A stretch of 64,000 bases of DNA from the NCBI RefSeq assembly GCF_902652985.1, contig NC_047018.1, positions 31,930,001 to 31,994,000 of the forward strand. Reading direction: 5' to 3'. The notes under the pieces are model-generated. The model was not told the DNA's origin. It searched no databases and saw only the letters and a list, made by a program, of their open reading frames with translations. Below are positions 40,500-53,300 of the stretch, in pieces. Made by a program: the position numbers and the translations under genes. Every line of letters starts with the position of its first letter. Position 1 is the first letter of the stretch. Origin of the DNA: Pecten maximus (taxonomy: Eukaryota).

Positions 40500-41925
40500 A
40501 ACAATATTGATCGATATTGATTAACAAATCGATCTTTAGTGACCCATATATAATGACTTTTGGTATACCATCAAACTATAACATGATATGCATGTAAAAT
40601 TTAAACGATATTGATCGAAATTGATTGACAATTTGACCTTTGGTGACCCATATAATGACCTTTGGTTTAACTTATGACTGTTATAAGACATTCATACAAC
40701 ACGTCCACGATATTGATCGACATTGATTGACAATTTGACCTGTGACCTTTGGTGACTCTTATAATGACATTCGGTATATCTTCAAACTGTAATATGATAT
40801 GCATATGAAATGTATTCGATATTGATCGACATTGATTAATAATTTGACCTCTGACCCTTGGTGACCCATATTAACCTTTGAAATAACTTAACACTGTTAC
40901 AAGATATTCATGCAACATGTACACGATATTGATCGACATTGATTAACAATTTGACCTGTGACCTTTGGTGACCCAGACAATGACCTTTCGTATAACTTAT
41001 CACCGTTCTAAGATATGCATATGAAATGTATACGACATTAGTCCACATTAATTAATAATTTGACCTGTGACCTTTGGTTACCCATATAATGACTTTTGGT
41101 ATATATTCAAACTGTAATATGATATGCATATGAAATGTATACGACATTGGTCCACATTGATTAAGGATTTGACCTTTGACCCTTGGTGACCCATATAATC
41201 ACCTTTGAAATAACTTAACACTGTTAAGATACCATGCAACATGTACAAGATATTGATTGACAGTGATTAACAATTTGACCTTTGACCTTTTGTGACCCAT
41301 ATAATGACCTTTGATAAAGTTATCACTGTTATTAGATATTCACACCTTTTACCCTTGGTGACCCATATAATGACCTTTGAAATAACTTAACACTGTTAAA
41401 AGATATCCATGCAACATGTACTCGATATTAATTGACAGTGATTAACAATTTGACCTTTGACCTTTTGTTACCCATATAATGACCTTTGATAAACTTATCA
41501 CTGTTATTAGATATTCACACCTTTTACCCTTGGTGACCCATATAATGACCTTTGCAATAACTTAACACTGTTAAAAGATACCATGCAACATTTACACGAT
41601 ATTGATCGACATTGATAAACAATTTGACCTATGACCGTTCGTGACCCAGAAAATGACCTTTGTAGAAACTTTTAACTATATAAGGTATGCATATGACATA
41701 TACGACATTGGTCCATATTTATGAAGAATCTGACTTGTGACCTTTGGTGTCCATTTTAATGACCTTTTGTATAAACTTCAAACTGTTATATTATATGCAT
41801 ATTCTAATGTATACGATATTGATCGACATTGACCTCTGACTTTTGGTGACACATAAAATGACATTTTTATAAATATTAACTATCATAAGCTACATACAAC
41901 ATGTATACGATATTGATCGACATAG
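40500..41925 (+). repeat. ~100-110-bp diverged tandem array
   Basis: Recurrent GATATTGATCGACATTGATTAACAATTTGACCTGTGACCTTTGGTGACCCATATAATGACCTT. Inverted copies at ~43385-43900. Confidence 0.9.
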
Positions 41926-42009
41926 ATTTGTCCAATTATGTTTTCGGTAATTTATTCATCAACCCATACCCAGTGTAACATTTGAAATGGAAATGCTGTC
42001 ATTTTGAAA

Positions 42010-42592
42010 ATCTAATATGGTAAAGGATCAATATGTTATGGGGCCCATTTTCAACGTTGAAAATGGAACCGGGGTCATTTCTTAGATAAATAATATGGAA
42101 ATGGGTCAGTGTGTTGTGGGGTCCATTTTTAACATTGAATATGTAACCGGGTCATTCTTAACAAATGATATGGAAATGGGTCAGTATGTTGTGGGGTCCA
42201 TTTTCAACGTTGAATATGAAACCAGGGTCATTTTCATCAAATAATATGGAAATGGTCAGTATGTTGTGGGGTCAATTTTCAACGTTGAATATGGAACCGG
42301 GTCGTTTTCAGCAAATAATATGGAAATGGGTCAGTATGTCGTGGGGTCCATTTTCAACGTTGAATGCGGAACCGGGGTCATTTTTAGAAAATAATATGGA
42401 AATGGGTCAGTATGTCGCGGGGTCCATTTTCAACGTTGAATGCGGAACCGGGGTCATTTTTAACAAACGATATTGAAATCGGTCAGTATGTCGTGGGGTC
42501 CATTTTCAACGTTGAATATGGAGCCGTGTCATTCTGAACAAATACTATGGAAATGGGTCAGTATGTTGTGGGGTCCATTTTCAACGTCGATA
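42010..42592 (+). repeat. ~65-bp tandem array with a self-complementary core
   Basis: Unit AATAATATGGAAATGGGTCAGTATGTTGTGGGGTCCATTTTCAACGTTGAATATGGAACCGGGGTCATT. Further copies at 43075-43379 in both orientations. Confidence 0.9.
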
Positions 42593-44899
42593 TTTGTTTT
42601 CTTGACCGTCGACAGGAAAAAAATATTCAATTCAGTATATTCTTTTTAATTCCAGCCAAAATGGGATAACACATAATACAATACAAACACATAAAAATAG
42701 AGCGACCAACTGACAGGTAAATGACTTGAGATTAAATTGTTTAATTACATGTATGATACCTGATATATATACACGGTGTGTGACCACTTAATTTTGACAG
42801 TGCTTCAAAAATATCATTACAAGACCCTGAACAGGAACTATAATGCATGATGAAACAAATCGCCTAATTCGATGTGATCACGTGCCCTTTGTAGTCGACT
42901 CCGATGGGTCGGATGTTGCGATTCGTTAGTGGGCTCGTTTCTGCAATTTCACGTGATTTAAGAAACTTTTCCTAACGGACCGATGAATCGGGACACTTGA
43001 ATGTATTTGAGTGTAAATAACCGAAATTTTAAAAGTGTTTTTAAGAATTTCTATTTCAGTTCCCAAAAAAATGACACCGGTCCAATTTCAACGTTGAATA
43101 TGGAACCCGGTCATTCTTAACAAATAGTATGGAAATGGGTCAGTATGTTGTGGGGTCCATTTTCAACGTTGAATATGGAACCGGAGTCATTAACAAATAA
43201 TATGGAAATGGGTCAGTATGTTCTGGGCTCCATTTTCAGCGTTGAATATGGAACCCCACGATATACTGACCCATTTCCATTTCCATATTATTAGTTAAGA
43301 AGGACTCCGGTTCCATATTCAACGTTGAAAATGGACCCCACAACATACTGATCCATTTCCATATTATTTGTTAAGAATGTTCATCACTATCGTATACATA
43401 TTTTATGAATAGCTTATAATAGTGATGAGTTATAGCAAAGGTCATTATATGGGTCACCAAAAGTCACAGATAAAATTGTAAATCAATATCGTATACCTTA
43501 GAATATGCATATCATATAACAGTTGAAGTTTATGCAAAAGGTCATTAAAATGGACACCAAACGTCACAAGTCAGATTCTTCATAACTATGGACCAATGTC
43601 GTATACATTTCATATGCATATCTTATAACGGTGATAAGTATACGAAAGGTCATTATATGGGTCACCAAAGGTCAAAGGTCAAATTGCTTATCAATGTCGA
43701 TCAATATCTTGTCCATGTTATTATAGCAAAGGTCATTATATAGGTCACTAAAGGTCACAGGTCAAATTGTTAATCAATGTCGATCAATATCGTGTACACG
43801 TTACATGAATATCTTGTAACAGTGTTAAGTTATTTCAAAGGTCATTATATGGGTCACCAAGGGTCAAAGGTAAAATTATTAATCAATTTCGATCAATATC
43901 CTATGTAATCTGGTACCGAGATCCAATACTTTTATGTGGTTCACTATTCAACGGGGTCCATTTTAAACGGGTATGTAAAGAAAATTTAAAATGTGGTTCC
44001 GTTTTCCACGGCGTCCCAGTTATTAATTAATCCAATCCCAGTTATTAATTAATCAATTTCGATCAATATCCTATGTAATCTGGTACCGAGATCCAATACT
44101 TTTATGTGGTTCACTATTCAACGGGGTCCATTTTAAACGGGTATGTAAAGAAAATTTAAAATGTGGTTCCGTTTTCCACGGCACCGGGTTCCATTTTCCA
44201 TGGGGGTCCATTTTCAACGTTTTTTTGTTAGCGGGATCCCAAACGGTGTCACTGTATCCTAGTACTGATCGCACCATTGCCATATAAGCAGTTTTCTTGA
44301 GTGTCGCTGGATAGGGTTTTAAGTTGAGTCAGAAAAAATAGCGGGTTTTTGGGTGTTTTTCTTTGTTTGCGCTGAAAGCATTACGCTAAATTCTGAATAT
44401 GCTAATTGTAGTTGATGTACAATGTATGTTGTGTGTATAATTTAGTAATTCTGGTGCACCAATTCAACATCGCGCTAATACGTTTAGATCAGCTGTGTGC
44501 TAAGATTTCAGAGTGCCAAAATGAACACGTTTACAGTAAGTGTATAATGCTCCATGTGTATTTATACAATACCGAGGATCCTGTATCAAAGTCCTGTAGT
44601 TAACATTGTATACAACTCCTTTTTCTGTGGATGTGAAATTTTCGCAGTGAAAAATAAAAACTAATGAATAGATTGGTAGTTTTTATTGTCAGAAATACTT
44701 TAGTATACATATATTCATTTTGACTCCAAATGTCAGACATTGGTCCACTGACCCACCATACAATATCATTAGGCAGGGTGAGTTAAATTATCATTTATAA
44801 ACAAGTGATGGAAATCTTTCAGCTCTAATAGATTTGACAATGTGTACATGACACTGATAATTGGTTCACTCACTTCTATACAATAGAAGGACAATACCC

Positions 44900-46040
44900 T
44901 GTTAACTGGACGGACTTTACACTTGTACACAATACAATAGGAATCACCTATTTATTGGAATGATTTACACTTGTACACAATACAATAGGAATCACCTATT
45001 CATTGGACGGATTTTACACTTGTACACAATACAATAGGAATCACCTATTCATTGGACGGATTTTACACTTGTACACAATACAATTGGAATCCCCTATTTA
45101 TTGGAAGGATTTACACTTGTACACAATACAATTGGAATCCCCTATTTATTGGAAGGATTTACACTTGTACACAATACAATTGGAATCCCCTATTTATTGG
45201 AAGGATTTACACTTGTACACAATACAATTGGAATCCCCTATTTATTGGAAGGATTTACACTTGTACACAATACAATTGGAATCCCCTATTCATTGGATGA
45301 TAATTTTACACTTGTACACAATACAATTGGAATCCCCTATTCATTGGATGATAATTTTACACTTGTACGCAGCACAAGAGAATCCTCCTTTTATACACTT
45401 GTACACAACACAATGGGAATCCCATATTTATTGTAAGGATTTATACATTTGTTCACAATACAAGAGAATCCTCCTTTTATACACTTGTACACAATACAAG
45501 GGAATCCTCTTTTTATACATTTGTACACAATACAATGGAAATCCCCTATTTTTTGGAAGGATTTACACTTGTACACAATACAAGGGAGTCTCCTATTTAT
45601 TTGAAGGATTTACACTTGTACACAAAGTTTCCAAGTGTATATAATCAAGGGAAATAACTCTTTCGCGATACATTTATTTACAGAGTGGACGAAATTCGGC
45701 AGTCCAGAATACCGGACGGTTTGGGCTTGGAACGCAGCTGTCCAGATAATTGATAGTCCACTTTACACAATTTAAGCTGAATCCTGTTTTTATACACTTG
45801 TACACAATACAAGGGGAATCCCCTATTTATTGGAAGGATTTACTCTTTTACCCAATATTCAAGGGGAATCCTGTTTTTATACACTTGTACACAATATTCA
45901 AGGGGAATCCCCTATTTATTGGACGGATTTATACTTGTACACAATATTCAAGGGGAATCCCCTATTTATTGGACGGATTAATACTTGTGCACAGTACTCA
46001 AGGGGAATCCCCCATTTAATGGACCGATTTATATTTGTAC
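44900..46040. repeat. 48-49-bp tandem repeat, interrupted at ~45627-45765
   Basis: Unit GATTTACACTTGTACACAATACAATTGGAATCCCCTATTTATTGGAAG. Confidence 0.92.
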
Positions 46041-46514
46041 ATGATAAAATGGGGGTTCAACAAGTGATAAATAAGCTACTACAAATGTCAGAATAACATT
46101 ATCTGACTAAATCTCTCCACTCAAAATGAAATACACACTGTATTATCTCAATGTCACTTATCTTATCCAACAGATCTGCTAATAAAATTTACAAACTGAG
46201 ATTCTGGAAAAGTCCCCATATTTCTAAAACTGAGATTCTAGAAATGTTCCTATATTTCTTTAATCCATCAAGTTTATATCTAACTCCGTATTATTGGCCA
46301 CAAGACCTATTTTTTCAATAACATTTCAACAATTCACATCAATGATAAAAAAATAAGTTATCACAAAAACAGATAAATGTAACACAAAAATGGAAGACAT
46401 GTTTAACAACATAAGACGCAATGTATTCTTCAGGTGTTGATCTTCAAACTTAAAACCACTCTTATGGTCAAATTCAAAGTCTTCTGGAAATGTATTAATG
46501 TGAGAAAGTTCTCT

Positions 46515-47192
46515 CACTCCCCCATACCTTTCTAATTTACTCCCTCAACGCAGAATGGACGTTCATCATTATAACACACGCGATGCTGATAACTTAAATA
46601 ATGTATTCTGTAAAACGAACTTCTACAAAAACTCTTTTCTCCCTTCTTTTATTGACCTGTGGAATTCACTACCCCCAGATATTAAAAATAGCCCCTCCCT
46701 TAGTAACCTGAAAAAATACCTACACAGACACTCACCGACAGTCCCTCCTTATTATAGTTATGGGAAACGTTCTGATCAGGTTCATCATGCTAGATTGAGG
46801 ATGAATTGCAGCTCTCTAAATGCCCATCTATTTAGTCGTAATCTTATCGACAGCCCTGTATGTTCATGTAGACAAGCGCATGAAACCACTGAACACTTTC
46901 TATTGTCTTGTCCAAACTATACCATTGTAAGAAACGAATGTTTTGTAGATCTACCAATAGACTATACTTTTGATATGCTTCTATACGGAAATCCAAATCT
47001 ATCGATTACAGAGAATGAAAATATTTTCCATTGCATCCAACTTTATATTTTAAAAACCAAACGTTTTTTAAATTAATAGTGCCATTTTACGAGTCCCAAG
47101 AGGTCACTAGTGCTGTATATTTACATTATATTACTATGTTTTATTATGTCATTTTGCTTATGTAGTACCTATAGTATCACTAGGTCCCATTA

Positions 47193-47236
<44 letters not shown>

Positions 47237-47418
47237 ATAGTTTTGTTTTTAAGTTATACTATTTGACTAATAAATAGCTATACAGTGTTGTCACCCGCCA
47301 ATCTATTATTTAAGGAGACAGATTTAAATAAGTATTTTCATACTTTTTTTCTGAATCCTTTTATTATTATGTATCATATATATGACATGTAAATATTGAA
47401 TAAAATATTGTTTAAACT
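46515..47418 (+). mobile_element. 5'-truncated CR1-like LINE (ORF2 C-terminus with Cys/His motif, plus 3' UTR)
   Basis: ORF 46555-47076 contains YKNSFLPSFIDLWNSLP...ARLRMNCSSLN...CSCRQAHETTEHFLLSCPNY...TKRF*. The 3' UTR has (TC)n and AATAAA. 10-bp TSD AAAGTTCTCT at 46505-46514 and 47419-47428. Confidence 0.88.
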
Positions 47419-50393
47419 AAAGTTCTCTTGTTATTAAAAATGTTCCTGTACTTAACCAAGACCATTAACTCTCTTACTTTTTGTAATGTCACAAGTTCTA
47501 TGTCAGTTATAAAAGTTCATATGATCTTTACCTGGAACATGGCAATGGCTTTGTGAATGTGAGGTATGGTGTCATTACAAAATCCTATTTTGAGAAATAT
47601 AAATTGTATATAACTACTGGTTATGATTCCAGTTGAGATTTCAATTTCAATCAAATTAAAATAAATCTTATTTGTAAAAGGATTTAAAAACAAAAAAATT
47701 TAAAAGGTTGAGGTTGATTGCGATTGATATTTAACAATGTGGTGTAAAATGGTAGTAGACAAGGTATCACAAATTAAAGCCTTTCACCTGGAAGTGTATT
47801 CAACATACTACGCCATAGACTATGGCATTGGATAAAGGTTGAATTGGTACAGTTAATATCAGAATGATTTTTTTTAGTTATCAAAATGCCTACTTCTGTA
47901 ACATCTATCACATTCAGGAACATGTCAATGAATATTTTGTATAAAATTCCCAATTGTTAAATTTTCATCAATTCAATGAGAATATGGTCCCCTTATTTTG
48001 TACATAATATTAATATAAGCTGAAAATCCAAACACAATCATATTTGTATTACCATTATCAAATAAACCATGTTAACAAAATAAATCATTGACTCAGTAAT
48101 ATCTTATTTCATATCAATTATCTCTTTTCATTATAATTAAATACATGTACATACAATGATAAAGAAGAAAAAAATCGGGACCTGAGAATTTTATGCAAAT
48201 AAGTGGTTTATTCAAATAAGCGATATGCAAATAAGTGGGCTCCTCTGTACATGCAAATCATTGAATAGACAAGTTATCCAAAGGTTTTAAAAGTAAACAT
48301 ATGTACATATAATCACAGTATACTGCCTGGGCAACTTAATCTAGAATGAACATATATCTCTTATTATTTGTTAGTGAAAAATCATTATTTCAAAGGAATT
48401 TATTCCTTCTAAGTGCTGAATTATAATATTCTAGGAAATTTTGAAAATCAACAAATTCAGACACTCAAAGTTTCACTTAATATGCCAACAGAAGTGTTCA
48501 GACTGACAAGGTTTTATTTTATACACAAACCAAACATGTCTTACTTTAAGTGTTCTACATAAAATCAATAATTTTACAAAAAACAAACGCAGATCCAGTT
48601 TTACAAACAACCCGTCACTTTCACTTTACACACATGTAGACCAAAATAACCAGCCTTACAATGTTCTAATTTGAATAAAATTGACTGACATTATATTATT
48701 GTATACATATCAGGTATATCTTTTAATTCATCTTAGCAAACCATATTGATAGAAGATTTAATAAAGAGTTAAAATTAAGAATACAAATGTATCAGCATAT
48801 TAAAAGATAGCCTTTTGTCCACTGACACACCCACAGGGCTGACTTAGTGGGGTAATTAGACGTGTCCAATATATGTGTGTTCCCGATGATGCCCCAAGGG
48901 CCGATCTTGGTCTGGTCTGTGTGGCATTTGATGCATCTTTAGACCAGTCATGGTAGAGTTCTTTGATGAAACATGCACCTGAAGGCCTGCCTTGGTGAGG
49001 TTATTTGATGCACTTTAAAACCCACTATGGTGAGGTAATTTGATACATCTGAAGGTATGCCTGGTAGGGTCACATGACCCACTCCAATTCCTGCCTTAGT
49101 TGGGTCAATTGATGCACCTGAAGGTCTGATTTGGTTTCTCTTTTGACTTTAGATGGTCACAGCTGGCATACAGAATTTTATCATTAATTAAACTTCTATC
49201 CATTAAATGGACAGTTGGTATGAGCAATATCACCACAGTAAGTCAGAACTATTTTTTCAAAACAGTACTTTTAAAAATAATCCTGACGAGAAATATTTCA
49301 GAACTTATTCAATTATATACATCTACAGTTATACAGTATACATTTTTTCATTACAGCATTCATTCACCACAATCATTACCTTACTGGTATACAAGACCAA
49401 TCACCACAATCACCACCCATACTGGTACACACACCATTCACCACAATCACCGACCATACCAGTACATCAAAACAAAAATAACCATATTAAAACATCACTA
49501 CAGTAATCACAGCCATGCCAATGATAATTTTACATTACAAACATATCACATAATAATGTACAAATTCCAAAGTCCAAACATTCTGGTCAGTAAATTGTGT
49601 CAAACTTGTGCTTCACAGAACAATCACACATCATTGCATTTTAGGGATTTGTGAAAGTGTCGCACAATAAACAACGCAAGTGTTTGGTTAAAGCAACCAA
49701 AGACATATTATAATCAGCATGATTGTTCATTATGGCACTATATTTCTAATGCCTTTTTGTAATTAAATGTTATTAGCCTTCAAGGCGTGAGGGAACTTTA
49801 TTATTTTATAAAAATTAAAATTGCCATGACCTTTAAAATTTGGTCATAGGTCAAGATTAATGTTACTTGATTTTAGTATTACACCTTAAATTGCTTATTA
49901 TATACATTTTAATACAGTATAAAAGTTTCAATTCATTCATATTTATTCCTGGTAAGTTTGTACTGTAGTAATTATATAAAATCTGAGAACTTTCTGAAAA
50001 GCATTCAGATGTCATGACCGTATTTATCCTGTAATAAGCCAAGAGGGACAACACACAGATTTTGACAAAGTGGATAGGTGCTTATTGCAGTACACTGAAA
50101 TAGCATTTATATATGGGAGGGCTTATTACAAGGCATTGACTTATTGTTGAATGAATACGGTAGTTGTGTAAAAGATTACTTTATTACCTGTATCAAGCTC
50201 TGGCCAATGATCTGAAAATATACATCACATATCTACACTGCACAAAAGCAAATTCCAGGTGTTTATGAGGTATTCCCATACTTATCATGCTCCAATGAAG
50301 GGATGAAAACTTTAAGACAGTGTGTTTTTTTTCTTCAAAATATGAACTTGATAAAATATCACATATTGTCTAACATGATTATGTCACCAGAAA

Positions 50394-53300
50394 TCAGCTG
50401 TACCCTCGCGGTACTACATACTTTTTGACTCTCTCCAATACCACTGCCATGTGCTGCTTGTACAGGCGGTCGTTACTCAGGTCCACACAACTATACTTGG
50501 CAATAATCTTTCGCACCTGGTCTGGGGCACTTTCAAGGGGAGAGAACCGGAGAAGTACAGGAATGATTGGTTTATTGAATGTCTCTGCCAGAGTTAGATC
50601 TTTCTTACAGTTGTCGCTCTGGAGGTATTTCGGAGTGATACAGCTCACAACTACAGCTGAAGCCTTCATGTTGCGTTGGATCTGGCTCTGAAGAGTCTCA
50701 CCACCGACCTCCAGTAGGGTTACACTGCTGCGACTACTCTTGCTGCTGTGGCCGCGTGGCTGGGTGGTGCTAGCCATAGTGATGTCAGCCCAGCACTGAA
50801 GCCCATTGTTTTCTAACATCTGTTTGATGTCTAGAACCTTCCCCTGCATGTCCCACTGGTAGCTGATGAATACCTGAGGTTCACCTTCCTTATAGTACTG
50901 TGACTGTGTCCCTTCAGAGATCAACACAAAATGTCAGGTCAGGTCATACACAAATTATCTGATAACATTTATAAAACATGAATACACCATGCTCCACCTT
51001 GATGGATTTAACCCCTCATTGTAGTAAAAATAGGTCACTGTGACTTACGTTTTATATTTTGGTGTTGCATTCCTCAAGAATGGCATATATACACCTCATA
51101 CAAAGTTTAGATAAGGATTGGTCTTCCAGTGGATATATATTGGGTTAGATTCAAAGTGTAAATAAGAATGAGACTACATATTGTAATACAGAAATATTGG
51201 ATATCTATCATGCAGACCTGATTTCATCCACTTTAGTGAGAGTCATCAACAAAAGTACTGGCACACAGTCCCGTAATTACACAAGTATCTGTTTTATTAC
51301 AGTCTGTCATCAACAAAAGTACTGGCACACAGTCCCGTAATTACACAAGTATCTGTTTTATTACAGTCTCCTCATCTAACACAGTTTAAAGTTAAAGATA
51401 CATTAGACATTTATCTACAACTGAAATCTATATTTACCTGGTGAGACAGTGCCCAGGACCTCGAGAGGCTTGAGACCTTCCGCCATCTTGTTGAGATACG
51501 CCTGTTCCAGGACTACACCTGGAACTCGCCTCAGGGGTTTGATGTGGTGCTCCAATACATCCAGACTCTCGTTGTACATTTTGGTTTCAAAATCGACAGA
51601 AGGGCATTCACCTGTTAACATCAACAACTCTTGTAATGTAAAATAACAAACAGAAGAGCATATAACTGTAAACATCAACAAACTAGTAATGTAACTAACT
51701 GACGGAAGGGCATTTACCTGTAAACATCAACAACTAGTAACGTAACTAACCCAAAAGAAGAGTATTTACCTGTTAACATCAACAACTAGTAATGTATCTT
51801 AACCAACAGAAGGGCATTTACCTGTAAACATCAACAACTAGTAATGTAACTTAACCGACAGAAGGGCATTTACCTGTAAACATCAACAACTAGTAATGTA
51901 ACTTAACCGACAGAAGGGCATTTACCTGTAAACATCAACAACTAGTAACATAACTAACCCAACAGAAGAGTACCTATTTACATTTACCTGTAAACATCAA
52001 CAAATGTACTTATCTGTTTTCTACACAAAATATTTCAATAGATACAATTCTAAACATAAATATCAACTGAATTAATTATGAATTTACACAGTGAAACTTG
52101 TCTGTTTACTTATAGACTGTGTCATTATTACAGATCTATATTTTGTTTTTCCTCTCGAGATATGTGTTATCATTTGTCATGATTTTACTGTCCTACTTAC
52201 CTAGCACCGCTTTCAAGGAGGCCCTGAAGTTCATCCAGACATTTTTAAACATGGCAGTGACAAGTTTCTTGCCAAGCCAGTCGGCAAACAGGACCTCATG
52301 GAAGACAAAGGGAGATGTGGTGGAAGCATCTGTCAGAAGGACTACAATTTGGGATGATGTGGCCATGACAGGCCCATTGATGAGCAGGAACTCTTCCTTG
52401 GATTTTCCTAGTTTCATGCTGTCATGGTGTAGCACCTAGGATACAAAGTAGAAAATTCATCAGACAATAGCTAGATTGTCAATCACAGTCAATAAAGGAT
52501 ATGTAGCGCCTCGGATACAAGGTAGATAACTCATTGTACAATAGCTAGATTGTCAATCACAGTCAATAAAGGATATGTAGCGCCTAGGATACAAGGTAGA
52601 TAACTCATTGTACAATAGCTAGATTGTCAATCACAGTCAATAAAGGATGTGTAGCGCCTAAGATACAAGGTGTATAACTCATTGTACAATAGCTAGATTG
52701 TCAATAAAGGATGAGTAGCCCCTAGGATACAAGGTAGATAACTCATTGTACAATAGCTAGATTGTCAATCACAGTCAATAAAGGATGTGTTGCGCCTAGG
52801 ATACAAAGTAGAAATTTCATCACACAACAGCTAAATTGTCAATCACTGTTAATAAAGGATATGTAACGCCTAGGATACAAGGTGGATAACTCATTGAACA
52901 ATAGATAGATTGTTGATCACCTTCAATAAAGATAAATTAAGCTAATAAACCACAAACAAAATATGGCAGAGAACTTTTGAAAAATTTGGCTGACTATTCC
53001 TTTAACCATCATTATAAGAAATTATATGTACTTGAAAAATAACATATTTATATAGTCAGCTCCATATACAAGAGGCTTTAAAATGTTTGTTTCTATAAAA
53101 GGGACATCACAGAAAACCCGTTGTTTTTATTGACTGTTCATGTTTTATAGACTTCCAATTACATGTCTATGCTATTCCAATATTTGCATGAATTTCCAAT
53201 GTCCAGCTTAACTTGACCACTCAATTTAGTCATGAACCCTCTCTTAATTTAGCATAGATAACATATATCACGTGGTTGTTTTGAAACAGGCACTCATTTC

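Larger units (their letters stand above)
38440..44222. mobile_element. Large non-coding foldback-like element with inverted termini and inverted internal arrays
   Basis: Left end AACGTTGAAAATGGACCCCCGTGGGAAATGGAAC...GTTGAAAAGTGAGCCACAT (~38448-38595) is inverted at ~44105-44222. Internal tandem arrays occur in both orientations. No transposase ORF; TSD not identified. Confidence 0.6.

Noticed and set aside
45003-46096. Repetitive ORFs (also 4284-4523, 5730-6083, 42165-42476) as repeat proteins
   Set aside because: They are translations of tandem repeats, often open in several frames, with no splice or domain support.
48880-49140. Degenerate ~35-bp repeats as an extra coding exon
   Set aside because: No convincing frame or splice sites, and it lies downstream of the TIR gene stop codon.
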